NCBI GenBank assembly: GCA_965206695.1
Contig: CBDBKM010000002.1
Coordinates: 178,938 to 242,937 of the forward strand
Reading direction: 5' to 3'
Origin: Chlamydiales bacterium
Lineage (GTDB): Bacteria; Chlamydiota; Chlamydiia; Chlamydiales; JAAZZY01
Length of the DNA: 64,000 nucleotides
The notes under the pieces are model-generated. The model was not told where the DNA came from and made no database searches. It worked only from the letters and a program-made list of their open reading frames with translations. Below are positions 10,798 through 21,039 of this stretch, one piece after another (position 1 is the first letter of the stretch; each line of letters starts with the position of its first letter). The position numbers and the translations under genes are program-made.

Positions 10798-12321
10798 ATG
10801 ACTTCTACTGAGAAGAAAAAACGCTTATTAGCTAGTATTGGTATTTTATCAGGTATCTTTATTTGCGCTTTAGATTGGTCTATTGTTAGCACTGCTCTAC
10901 CTGTCATTCAAAATAAATTAAATACCTCTATTGTTGAACTCCAATGGATCATGAATATCTTTGGGGTGTGTATATCATCCCTTTTAGTGACCATGGGACG
11001 AATATCTGATCTATATGGAAGAAGACGTATATTTCTAATAGGCATTACTATTTTCGGTATATCTTCTGTATTAGGAGGGATGGCGCCTAACGCTACCTGG
11101 CTTTTAATTTGTAGGGGATTTCAAGGTATATCGGCATCTATCTTATTTCCCGGCTCTCAATCTTTAATGATACATGCTTATCCTGATGAACAAAAGGGAA
11201 GAGCTTTAGGTATCTGGTCTGCTGTAACCGGTATAGCTTTATCTTTAGGCCCTGTTTTAGGAGGGATAATTGTCTCTTTCTTAAGTTGGCGCTGGATATT
11301 TTATATTAACTTTCCGATAGCTGTTTTTAGTTTTATATTTGTCCGCCTATCCGTCTTAGAATCCAAGGATACCGAAGGGAATATGAAAATCGATTGGTGG
11401 GGTGTTACCTTTCTAACATTGACTATTGCCACATTAGTGATATCTATTATTCAAGCTCCTATCTGGGGATGGAATAGCCCGGTTTTCATTATTTTGTTTG
11501 TCATCGGATGTCTTTTATTGATTATTTTTTTACTAATAGAGAAAAAAGTGGAGTATCCGATCATTAAAATAGAGCTGTTTTTAAAGCCTGCTTTTATAAG
11601 AAGCTCTATTACCAATTTTAGTTTAGTTTTTTATGTATGGTCTATTTTCTTTTTAATGCCACTATATCTACATAATGTATTGAATTTTGAACCATATCTT
11701 GTCGGATTTGTGATGCTTGCTATCACTCTTCCCCTGGCAGCGGTGTCATTTACTGCAGGCCACATATATGATAGGAAAGGGATCAAATTTCTATTAATTC
11801 CTTCCTATATATTTCTTATTGTATCCATCTTTCTTCAGACCTTTTTAAGCTCATCTTTTCAACCGGGTATTTTGATAGCAGCTTTATTGATTATGGGAAT
11901 AGGTTGGGGGTTTATATGGAGCCCTTCAACAACAGCCGGGATATCTACACTCCCTAAAAATGTTTCTAATCTAGCAGCTGGAGCTTTAGCTACTATGCAA
12001 GAAATAGGAGGAGCTGTAGGTTTAGCGATTGCTGGGTCTTTATTTCGTTATTACGATCAACTCGCTTTGGATAGAAGCTTAAAAGAGGAAGGGATCGTAC
12101 TGTCTGATTCTAAATTACAAATGCTAAGAAGTCTTATGGACGATCCTGAAGCTTTTAAAAAGCATTTTCAATCGTTTGGTTCCCAAACGACAAAAATCCC
12201 AGAGCTAGTCAAAAGCTCTTTTATGAGTGGGTTTACAACTACGATGTGGTTGTTATTTGTTTTGCTTGTGGTAGCTCTTGTACTTTGTTTGTTTCTTTTG
12301 CCTAAAAAAGAGACAAACTAA
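10798..12321 (+). CDS. DHA2 (EmrB/QacA) MFS efflux transporter
   Basis: D.SIV.TALP, GR.SDLYGRRR, GP.LGG, WRWIFYIN.P, KIDW.G. Confidence 0.92.
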   Translation: MTSTEKKKRLLASIGILSGIFICALDWSIVSTALPVIQNKLNTSIVELQWIMNIFGVCISSLLVTMGRISDLYGRRRIFLIGITIFGISSVLGGMAPNATWLLICRGFQGISASILFPGSQSLMIHAYPDEQKGRALGIWSAVTGIALSLGPVLGGIIVSFLSWRWIFYINFPIAVFSFIFVRLSVLESKDTEGNMKIDWWGVTFLTLTIATLVISIIQAPIWGWNSPVFIILFVIGCLLLIIFLLIEKKVEYPIIKIELFLKPAFIRSSITNFSLVFYVWSIFFLMPLYLHNVLNFEPYLVGFVMLAITLPLAAVSFTAGHIYDRKGIKFLLIPSYIFLIVSIFLQTFLSSSFQPGILIAALLIMGIGWGFIWSPSTTAGISTLPKNVSNLAAGALATMQEIGGAVGLAIAGSLFRYYDQLALDRSLKEEGIVLSDSKLQMLRSLMDDPEAFKKHFQSFGSQTTKIPELVKSSFMSGFTTTMWLLFVLLVVALVLCLFLLPKKETN

Positions 12322-12481
12322 TCTTTAGCAAAGCTCATAGTTTTAAACTCTTTTCGACTTAAGAACCAGTAGACTAGTAAATTAACCCCGCACAGGACAA
12401 AATAAGTGATAAATAGAGGCTTTTGATTATTTGATCTTAAAAGAGAGCCAAAGCCGGTGATAATAGATGCTATAATGATAA

Positions 12482-12630
12482 TTGACAGCTCCCAACCCGA
12501 AAGGGAAGGGATTCCTAATTCATCGACCACTGCTAACAAACAAGCTAGTCTAACATGATCTCCAAAGGCTTAAATTACCGACTGCCCTGCGGTATCGAGA
12601 TTAATAGATGCATTAAGATCTCTATCGTGT
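12482..12630 (-). ncRNA. Predicted TnpB omega RNA scaffold (5' boundary approximate)
   Basis: Conserved right-end region overlapping tnpB 3' end and ending in TCAA; conserved in three copies. Confidence 0.7.
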
Positions 12631-13673
12631 GTTACTTTGCAGTTTGGACACTGCCAACTTCTCACACTTAAATCTAAAATTTCTATTTGGTACCGGCAGG
12701 CAGAGCATAGTTTTGAACCGGCAAAAAATTGATCTAATTCCACTATATTTCTTCCGTACCATTTACACTTATACTTTAAAAATGTTAAAAACCGGCTCCA
12801 TCCTGCATCCGATATATGCTTGGAAAGTTTTTTATTTTTTAACATCTTATTAATATTTAACCCTTCTATCGTGATCGTTTGGTTTTCACGAGCCAACTTT
12901 GTAGAAAGTTTATGATGAAAGTCCTGCCTTATATTTTTTATCTTCGAATGTATCGAAGCCACCGATCTTCTTTTTTTGAGTCTGTTTTTACCTTTGACTT
13001 TAGCTTTGCTAAGAGAACGTTGTTTTCTTTTTAGTCTTTTCTTATGAAATCTAAAAGGTTTAGGTGCCGTAATCTTTTTCCCTGTAGAAAGAGTTGCGAA
13101 TGTCGTTAATCCTAAATCTATACCGACAGAATTATTTCTCTTCTCAAAAGGGATCACTTCTTCTTCTACTAATAGGCTCACAAAATACCTGTCACAAGAG
13201 TCTTTTGTGATTGTTATACCTGTTGGTGCACCTAAAAAACACCTTGACCAATGTATTTTTAATCTGTCTTTAGATTTTGCAATCTTAAGATTAACCCCAT
13301 CCCAACTAAATGCTGACTTAGTTAATCGTATTGCCTGCGTACTGTGTTTGTTTTTAAAGCGAGGGAAATTTGACCTTTTTTTAAAAAAGTTTAAAAAAGC
13401 TCTATCAAGATCTCTAAGACTTTGTTGCAGACAAACAGAAGAAACTTCGTTTAACCAAAGAAACTCTTTGTTTTGCTTAAGACTTGTCAAGAATGCCGAT
13501 GTTTTAGAATAACTTACATTCTCTTTGTATTCCTGATATTTCTTGATCTTAAAGTTTAAAGCTTGATTATATACAACTCCGGAACATCCAAAGCTTTTTG
13601 TAAGCAACTCCTTTTGTTTTTTCGTTGGATAGAATCTAAATTTATATGCTTTTTTGATCATCATGTATTGCAT
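12570..13673 (-). CDS. tnpB: RNA-guided endonuclease TnpB
   Basis: RuvC GIDLG, IEGL, DRD.NA; CxxC/CPxC zinc finger; N-term KAYKFR.YP. Confidence 0.95.
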   Translation of the reverse strand: MQYMMIKKAYKFRFYPTKKQKELLTKSFGCSGVVYNQALNFKIKKYQEYKENVSYSKTSAFLTSLKQNKEFLWLNEVSSVCLQQSLRDLDRAFLNFFKKRSNFPRFKNKHSTQAIRLTKSAFSWDGVNLKIAKSKDRLKIHWSRCFLGAPTGITITKDSCDRYFVSLLVEEEVIPFEKRNNSVGIDLGLTTFATLSTGKKITAPKPFRFHKKRLKRKQRSLSKAKVKGKNRLKKRRSVASIHSKIKNIRQDFHHKLSTKLARENQTITIEGLNINKMLKNKKLSKHISDAGWSRFLTFLKYKCKWYGRNIVELDQFFAGSKLCSACRYQIEILDLSVRSWQCPNCKVTHDRDLNASINLDTAGQSVI

Positions 13674-13705
13674 TATATGTCCGGTATATATATATTGTCT
13701 ATCCG

Positions 13706-14098
13706 GAAAGATGGAAAACCTCTAAAACAGCAATTTTTAACCTTAGTTACCATGTTATTTGGTGTCCTAAATATAGGAGAAAGGTTCTTGAAGGTGATAT
13801 TGTTGTTCGTTTAAAGGAATTATTAGAATTAAAAGCTCTACAACTCAATATAGAGATTCACGAACTGAATATTATGCCTGATCACGTACATATTTTTTTA
13901 AATACCAAGCCTATATATTCACCACAATTTTTCATAGGACAACTTAAGGGATATACAAGCCGAATATTAAGGCAAGAATTTTCAAGCTTAAGATCCGGGT
14001 TACCCACACTGTGGACACGGTCTTATTATGTTGATAGTGTTGGAAAATTAAATGAATATACAATCAGAAAGTATATACGGAATCAAAAAAACAAATAG
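13706..14098 (+). CDS. tnpA: Y1 transposase TnpA, no canonical start codon in frame
   Basis: ERWKTSKTAIFNLSYHVIWCPKYRRK...PDHVH...YI.NQ; first in-frame ATG only at 13874. Confidence 0.8.
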   Translation, partial: ERWKTSKTAIFNLSYHVIWCPKYRRKVLEGDIVVRLKELLELKALQLNIEIHELNIMPDHVHIFLNTKPIYSPQFFIGQLKGYTSRILRQEFSSLRSGLPTLWTRSYYVDSVGKLNEYTIRKYIRNQKNK

Positions 14099-14221
14099 AC
14101 ACTTTCATCCCACCCTTAAAAAGGCGGGTTTTCTCGTTTAATTGTCATAAAGAACTCATGATAGCACTAGCGGTTCCTCCCATATGAGGAAATAAGCTCA
14201 AGCAGACAGCAAAGTTATTAG

Positions 14222-16648
14222 CCCGAATAGTATTCACTTGAGATTTAGCAAATGAAGTACCTCACAGTGCAAGGGAACGAAACCTTTCTAATAAAACATA
14301 GGCAAGGGCAGAAAATAAGAGCCGTAATTGATTAGGCTACCATTTATGACAGGAGGTACGATCCGAAAATAAGAGTAACTGTTCTTTAATACGGTTTTCC
14401 GGATCTCCTCTTGCACAATAACTTTTATCATAAATGTTTTGCGGATCGTTCGTAAGAGAGGTTACGGTAAATCGAGGATTGGCACCTTTAGAAGTATGTT
14501 CTGCTTTAGCTACGATTCTTCTTTCTTTTTTCCAACTCTTTGCAGCATAGAGAAAAGAAGTAAATAAACGCTGCTTTTCCTGTGTTTCCTTGAAACGTTT
14601 TTCTGCTTCATTCCTTGTTTCTGTGATTTCTCTTTTTAAGCATTTATTTCCTGCGATACCTACAACAAAATCAACTTGGTTTTTCTCACACCAATCAAAA
14701 ATCTTATGCCTGCAAAAGCCGCTGTCTGCACGAAATATAATAGAACAATCCGGCCACACCTCTCGTAGTCTTTTGACTAAAAGAGATAAAACAGCCCAAG
14801 AATGTTTTGCCTGATCTTCACTATTTCTTCTAAGATAGGAGACAAGCAAATGACTACCGCAAAAAACATGCAGCGGTAAGAAGCAGTCTTTTCTATAATA
14901 TCCATGGTAAAATTTCCCTTCCTGATTACCATGTACGGGATTATCAGTAGCATCAAAATCTAAAATAAGCTCTTGAAGAGGTTTTTTAAATGATTTTATA
15001 AATGATTCAACTAAAATGCGACTAATTTTAACTGCGGCTTCTCTGTCTGCTCGGTTTTCAAAACGGCACAGTGTAGAACTACTTGCTAAAGGATGTTCAA
15101 AATCAATTGCCGTTTGAATAGCACCGTCATCTTTAAGTTTATCACTCACCTTACGCAAAGGTGATGTAAAGAAAGTTTTTTCTCTAATTATGAGGAAAAA
15201 ATATGTCAAAACAGCTCCCGGATATATATACGGATTACCTTATCAGCCAAAACCAATATGCTACGGCTACCGGACTTTCAGCTTTATTAGATGGTGAGAT
15301 CAGCCATGATAAAATTACTCGTTTTCTCAATAAGAGAGAATTTTCAGGAAAAGATTTATGGTGCTATGTAAAAGACACGTTGAAAAAATATTCAGGAGGT
15401 AAAGCCGGTGTTTTGATTATAGATGATTCTATCGAAGAGAAGCCTTACACGGATGAAAATGATATTATTGCATGGCATTTTTCTCATGCTAAAGGTCGGT
15501 GTATCAAAGGGGTTAACATTTTATCTACTCTTGTTCGTTATGATGACATTGCATTTCCTATCGGATATGAAGTCATATCTAAAACAGTACGTTTTTGTGA
15601 TATCAAAACCAAAAAGGAAACAAGAAAATCCGATGTCACTAAAAATGAATTATTTCAAAAACAAATAAAGCAAGCTATACGGAATCAGGTCAAGTTTGAT
15701 TATATTCTTGCAGATAATTGGTTTGGAGCTAAAAAAAATAGGGAGTTTATTCATTATGATACAGATAAGAAATTTATTTTAGGCATGAAGTCCAACAGAC
15801 TCATCGCTTTCTCAGAAGAAGCAAGAAAAAAAGGTCAGTATCACAATCTTGAATCGATTAATTTCAAGGATGGAGAAAAAAAGATAGTCCGGCTTAAAGA
15901 TTTATCTTTTCCCGTTTTCCTTAGTGAAAAAAGTCTTCAAAAACGAAGATAATTCCACGGGGACTCTATACCTTGTGAGCAACGACTTAAACCATGATGC
16001 TGACTCACTCTATGAGATCTACAAAAAACGGTGGAGAATAGAAGAGTATCACAAATCTATTAAGCAAAATGCAAGCCTTGCAAAATCGCCTACCAAGGTT
16101 GAAAGAGCTCAAAAAAACCATATTTTTGCATCTCTTATATCTTATTGCAAGCCGGAATTTTTAAAAATTAAAACCTATCTTAACCATTTTGCCCTAAAAT
16201 ACAAATTATTGATCAAAGCAAATCAGGCTACCTTTCATGAGCCGGAAAAATTATATGCTATTTGATTTTGCGTAACATGAGTTTATCATGATCGTTTAAA
16301 TCCTCATAACCCAAAGCAATACCATATACTCTTTGACACAGCATTTCGAGTGTGCTATGTGTCACATAATTAGAATTGCGTTTATCAGGTATACAATCGG
16401 CTGCTTGTTCAGTCAGCTTTAGCTTTTTATCGACTTGACGCAGTAAAATAACCCCGCCGTCACTTGTAATGTTACCGCCGGTAAAAGAATATTCTATTCT
16501 TTTAGATTTTATGGGTGAAAAATTGATTTGTTTTGTGTTACATTTTGTCATGAGTATTTTTCTTATTTGTTATGTTTGATGCAACTATACTTTAACAAGT
16601 TAAGTAAAAATACTCATTCTTTTTTCCGATTTTTATGAAATATTCGGG
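14222..16648 (-). mobile_element. IS1380-family element copy B, interrupted by IS701, with nonsense codons
   Basis: Near-identical to copy A; ORFs 16258-16551 and 14337-15209; TAG at 14337. Confidence 0.9.
15145..16281 (+). mobile_element. IS701-family element with frameshifted transposase (15203-16265)
   Basis: IRs CTCACCTTACGCAAAG / TTTTGCGTAACATGAG; 7-bp TSD TTTATCA; SHD..TR, IIDDS, LAD.WF, RW.IEEYH motifs. Confidence 0.9.
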
Positions 16649-16916
16649 CTAAAGGTAATGCTGAAACCGGACGAATGATAGGAACGATAAAAGAAGAACT
16701 GATTTGGTTAAAGAAATGGCCAAATATTGATATATTAAGTAATGAATTGCATCAATGGATTGACAAATATAACAACTCTTATTTGCACTCAGCTTTAGGA
16801 TATCAACCACCTATTAATTTTGAAAAAAACTTTAAGAAAACTGCAACATAGAATAAATGTGTATTGAAATATTTATCCCTTTCTTTAAGCGTACATTAAT
16901 GAGGGGGGTCACTACA
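16649..16916 (+). mobile_element. IS3-like integrase-core C-terminal remnant with right end
   Basis: KGNAET.RM..TIKEE..W...YNNSYLHSALGYQPP..FE; terminus GGGGGTCACTACA. Confidence 0.7.
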
Positions 16917-16959
16917 CTTGCAGTTTCCATAGAAGAGAACTTACATATCTACTAAGGTA

Positions 16960-18150
16960 TTAATCCAATAGGGACTGAGCAACAGGAAGAGAAAGAATAA
17001 AAGTAGAGCCTTCTTTTTTTTCATTAGAACCTAACCGGATGTCTCCATTTTGACCTAACATTAATTCTTTGCAGATCGATAAACCAAAACCCCTAATTCC
17101 TTTAGTATTACTCATTTTAGGTTGATCATACATATTGAATAACTTTTCACGCTGATCTTCCGGAATACTAGGTCCACTGTCATTAACAGATAGATATACT
17201 ATTTGGCCTTCTTGCCATGCTTTTACTAAAACTTCTCCCTTATTGGGAATGTATCTAAAAGAGTTACGTAATAAAATATTCATAACTTTAGAAAGTTTAT
17301 TATGATCTGCCATAATACATGGAGTTTGAATACTGATCTGAAAGATTAAATTAAGGCTCCTGCTGTCAGCAATAGGTTGAAATTGTCGGTGGATGACTTT
17401 TAAAAATTCCACTAAATCTATTTCCTCTAAAGAAAATTCACTATCCCCTGTCTTTAAAAGAGAAATTTCTTTGAGATCATTGATATAGATCATCAACTCT
17501 TCACTAATAAGTTTTACTTCTGCCAAATAGCTTCCTACTAATGCAGTCTGTTTACGATGGATTCGCTGTAATCCAATATGCGCAAATTGAATCAATTGAT
17601 CCAACGGCAATTGAATATTGGAAGATAATTGCCGAATAAAAAGTAATTTATCCCTACTTTCATTAGATAACTCATGATGCTTTACCCTTAATTCTTCGAT
17701 ATTCTTTTCTAACAGCTCGGAATAGTAATCAGCTTCTTGCCTCGCTTGTCTCCGTTCAAAAAAAACTCCCATTATATACGTTAAAAGGCTGATATCGATA
17801 ACATTTTTACATAAAAAGCCATCTGCCCGGTTTTCTAATAAATCATGTATTTCAGGATAAAACGTAGAGCCAATGTTTATTACGATATAGAGGCCCGGAA
17901 AATCTTCTCTAATCTTTTCTAAAAAGAGCTCGTTTTCCTTAATAATTATTTCGATATCAATGAATAAAATATCAGGCACAAACTGTTCCAAAACAGAGCG
18001 GATATCATTCATATCTAAAAGTTCGACAACAGAAACTTTACTACGAGTAAAAAACTCGATAAGCTTATTTCGAAAAGTATCACTTTTATCAATGATTAAG
18101 GCCTTCGAAAGCTGATTTTTTTGAGCTTTTATATCAAGAACAGGCAACAT
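16960..18150 (-). CDS. Receiver-HisKA-like-HATPase hybrid signalling protein lacking the phospho-His
   Basis: REC (PDILFID, FLCK), N box LLRNS, G1 NDSGPSI, G2 GFGL; H-box reads LSSNIQLPL. Confidence 0.8.
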   Translation of the reverse strand: MLPVLDIKAQKNQLSKALIIDKSDTFRNKLIEFFTRSKVSVVELLDMNDIRSVLEQFVPDILFIDIEIIIKENELFLEKIREDFPGLYIVINIGSTFYPEIHDLLENRADGFLCKNVIDISLLTYIMGVFFERRQARQEADYYSELLEKNIEELRVKHHELSNESRDKLLFIRQLSSNIQLPLDQLIQFAHIGLQRIHRKQTALVGSYLAEVKLISEELMIYINDLKEISLLKTGDSEFSLEEIDLVEFLKVIHRQFQPIADSRSLNLIFQISIQTPCIMADHNKLSKVMNILLRNSFRYIPNKGEVLVKAWQEGQIVYLSVNDSGPSIPEDQREKLFNMYDQPKMSNTKGIRGFGLSICKELMLGQNGDIRLGSNEKKEGSTFILSLPVAQSLLD

Positions 18151-18359
18151 ATCTCTTCATTTCTCATATATTTAGAGTCTAAATAGCTTTAAGAAGATGG
18201 AGCATAATAGATCAGATAGAAAATTATTGTTAAGTCTTTTTTGCATTAAACTTGTTGCAGTTTAAATTTTTAGTAGTTTCTAATAAGGTTTTTCAGAAAA
18301 ATATCGAGGCAAGCAAATGATTGTAAGGACTTTTAAAACGAGCTAACGTGAAAAACAGA

Positions 18360-18730
18360 CCATGAGAGCTCTAACAAGTGTAAGTATTCATCAATTTAAT
18401 GAATGGACTATTTTTTTCGAGCAAGTGCTTTTCCATGCCGCAAATAAAAAGCAAAGAGTACGTGGTATTGGAGATGGGTATAAAGGGATATTGCGAAATG
18501 TTAAAGCAAAAGTTTTTTTATCTTGTTTTATCTAAAGGCCTATCCTATTTTTTCTTCCTGATCAACCTGAAGTCTATATCCCTAAAAAGAAGGGGGAAAA
18601 GACGCCTCTTACCGACTTGGAAATATTAAACAATCAAGCAATAAGCTCCTTAAAAATGCCGTTATTATGTGCAGGTCTTTGGAACTTCCATTTAAGTCGA
18701 AGATGATCAACAAAAATTAAGAGGGGCTAA
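18360..18730 (+). pseudogene. Possible eroded group II intron reverse transcriptase fragment
   Basis: Frame at ~18566-18610 reads PEVYIPKKKGEKTPL, resembling the RT motif VYIPK.nGk.RPL. Confidence 0.35.
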
Positions 18731-18762
18731 ACTTATACAACTGTTATTGCGCAACAAATCTA

Positions 18763-21039
18763 TTAGAAAAAAGTAAAAACAGGATCCACATCGATAAAAA
18801 ACCGAACATCTTTTGAAAAGAATAACTTTTCTTTTATCTTCGTTACGCACTGTTGCAAATGATACATGCTTGGCCCTTTGACCAAAAATTGAAATCGGTA
18901 ATTGTCTTTAACTTTGGTATAGCCACTTGTAACAACAGGGTAAACCTCATAATTTACCGGAAGACTTTGTCTTAAATTTTTATAAAATAGATTTGCTCGG
19001 TTATGTGTCTTTTTCTCATCTTTTCCACTAAAACAGAATTTTGCCATATGTAAATAGGGAGGGAAATTAAAAAGCTTCCTGGTTTGTATTTCTTTTTGAT
19101 AAAAGGCAAAAAAATCTTGTTTGGAGGCTAGATCTATAACAAAATTATCAGGCATTAAGGTTTGAATAATGACTTTTCCTTTTATCTGTCCTCTTCCTGA
19201 CCTTCCGGATACCTGGGTGATTAGCTGAAAAACATGCTCAGAAGCTCTAAAGTCCGGTATATTTAATGAAGCATCACTATTTAATACTCCAACTAAGGTT
19301 ACAGCCGGAAAATGCAATCCTTTTGCAATCATTTGAGTTCCTATTAAGACATCCGCCTTTTGATTTCTAAAGGCATAAAACAGTCTATCATAACTACCCT
19401 TATGTCTTGTCGTATCGCCGTCAATACGAATAGTGCGAATATCCGGAAAAATAGCGTGTAAAGACTTTTCTATTTGTTCCGTACCAACCCCTTTGAATTT
19501 CATGGTAGCATCACTATGACAGCCGGGACAGGTCTTTGGGGGGGGCGTACGTAAATAGCCACACAGATGACAAGCTAATGTGTTGGTTTTTAAATGAAAG
19601 GTCAAAGATACATCACAATGAGGGCAAGAAATAGCTGACTGACATTCTAAGCAAATCAAAGCGGTATGATAACCCCTTCGATTTAAAAATAAGATGCTTT
19701 GCTCTCCCTTTGCATACCCGGATTTTATTTCTGTTAGCAGAAGATCCGAAAAAGAAGTATATCCCTTTTTCTTTTCAAATTCTCTTTTCATATTTACAAT
19801 ACTGACTTCGGGAAGAGTGGCATTATCAGCTCTATGATTCAATAGACTTAAGGTATATTTTTTTTGTTCTGCGTTATAATAACTCTCAATTGAAGGCGTT
19901 GCACTACCTAGAACCACACAACATTGATTAAGATGCCCTCGCATCACTGCAATATCTCTGGCATGATAACATGGCATATCATCCCCTTGTTTATAGGAAT
20001 GCTCATGTTCTTCATCAACAATAATGAGACCAATATTCTGCAAAGGAGAAAAAATAGCTGAACGTGCCCCAATAACTATAGATGCTTGCCCTCTTTGAAT
20101 CCTATGCCATTCATCATATCGCTCTCCTTGGCTTAAGCGATGGTGTAAGATGGCTATTTTACCTTCAAATCTAGAACGAAAACGCTCTATCGTTTGAGTG
20201 GTTAATGCGATCTCCGGTACTAACATCGCCACTGTCTTCTTAAGATCGAGTGCTAGTTGTATCGCTTGTAAATATACTTCTGTCTTTCCGCTTCCGGTAA
20301 CCCCGAATAAAAGATGGGTCTCATACATCTGATCAGTTAACGACTTAGCAATTTTATCAAAAGCTTGCTGCTGTTCAGCATTTAATATTTTCGGCCCGGT
20401 AGGAAAATATTCTGCATCTGCCAGAGGAGAACGCGTTATTTGTACTTTACTGACACACAAGATATTTTTTTTTATCAGGCCATCAACACTTGATCTTGAA
20501 GCTGAGGATTTTTCAAGCAATTCTGTTAATAAAATATCTTTTTTTACTCGTAACATCACCTCTAAAATGCTAGCTTGTTTGGGACTTTTTTTTCGTAGGG
20601 AAATGCATAAGTCTCTCAACCCTTCAATACTTTTTTGTCTTCGGACGCATTGTTGTTCTTTCTCCCGCATATCTCCTCTTATACTAGCAGGTAAAAAGGT
20701 TTTTAACACTTTTCCTAAAGGTGTTTGATAATAACGAGCCATCCAAAGGGCAAGTTTGATAAGATCGCCTTTTAATAAAGGAACATCCGATAATAGCTTT
20801 GAAATGGGTAATACCTTTTTAGGTTTCTTGGTATCTTTAATTTCTAAGACAATACCTTTTCTTAAAAAACCCCGTACAAGGACTTCTACTCGCGTCCCCG
20901 CTTGTATTTTATTTAAAAAGGGTGTTTGAATACCATAATCCAAAGTTTTATCAATGCCCAGATCCAACACGACCGCAGCATACTTTTCATAGGTTTCACC
21001 CATAAGCGAATCTATAGAACCTTTTTTAAATTTTCCCAT
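18763..21039 (-). CDS. priA: Primosomal protein N' helicase
   Basis: GVTGSGKTEVY, DEEHE, two Cys clusters, QVSGRSGR. Confidence 0.97.
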   Translation of the reverse strand: MGKFKKGSIDSLMGETYEKYAAVVLDLGIDKTLDYGIQTPFLNKIQAGTRVEVLVRGFLRKGIVLEIKDTKKPKKVLPISKLLSDVPLLKGDLIKLALWMARYYQTPLGKVLKTFLPASIRGDMREKEQQCVRRQKSIEGLRDLCISLRKKSPKQASILEVMLRVKKDILLTELLEKSSASRSSVDGLIKKNILCVSKVQITRSPLADAEYFPTGPKILNAEQQQAFDKIAKSLTDQMYETHLLFGVTGSGKTEVYLQAIQLALDLKKTVAMLVPEIALTTQTIERFRSRFEGKIAILHHRLSQGERYDEWHRIQRGQASIVIGARSAIFSPLQNIGLIIVDEEHEHSYKQGDDMPCYHARDIAVMRGHLNQCCVVLGSATPSIESYYNAEQKKYTLSLLNHRADNATLPEVSIVNMKREFEKKKGYTSFSDLLLTEIKSGYAKGEQSILFLNRRGYHTALICLECQSAISCPHCDVSLTFHLKTNTLACHLCGYLRTPPPKTCPGCHSDATMKFKGVGTEQIEKSLHAIFPDIRTIRIDGDTTRHKGSYDRLFYAFRNQKADVLIGTQMIAKGLHFPAVTLVGVLNSDASLNIPDFRASEHVFQLITQVSGRSGRGQIKGKVIIQTLMPDNFVIDLASKQDFFAFYQKEIQTRKLFNFPPYLHMAKFCFSGKDEKKTHNRANLFYKNLRQSLPVNYEVYPVVTSGYTKVKDNYRFQFLVKGPSMYHLQQCVTKIKEKLFFSKDVRFFIDVDPVFTFF

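Larger units (their letters stand above)
12482..14146 (-). mobile_element. IS200/IS605-family element copy 1 (divergent tnpA and tnpB)
   Basis: Right end ...GCTGTCAA, left end hairpin preceded by TTAT, no TSD, precise insertion. Confidence 0.93.
12318..14221 (-). pseudogene. C-terminal remnant of Bcr/CflA-like MFS transporter split by IS605
   Basis: Removing 12482-14146 restores frame: PNNFAVCLSLFPHMGGTASAIMSSL|FIIIASII... Confidence 0.7.

Noticed and set aside
12318..12539. 73-aa ORF as a real gene
   Set aside because: Chimera of the IS605 right end and the MFS C-terminal remnant.
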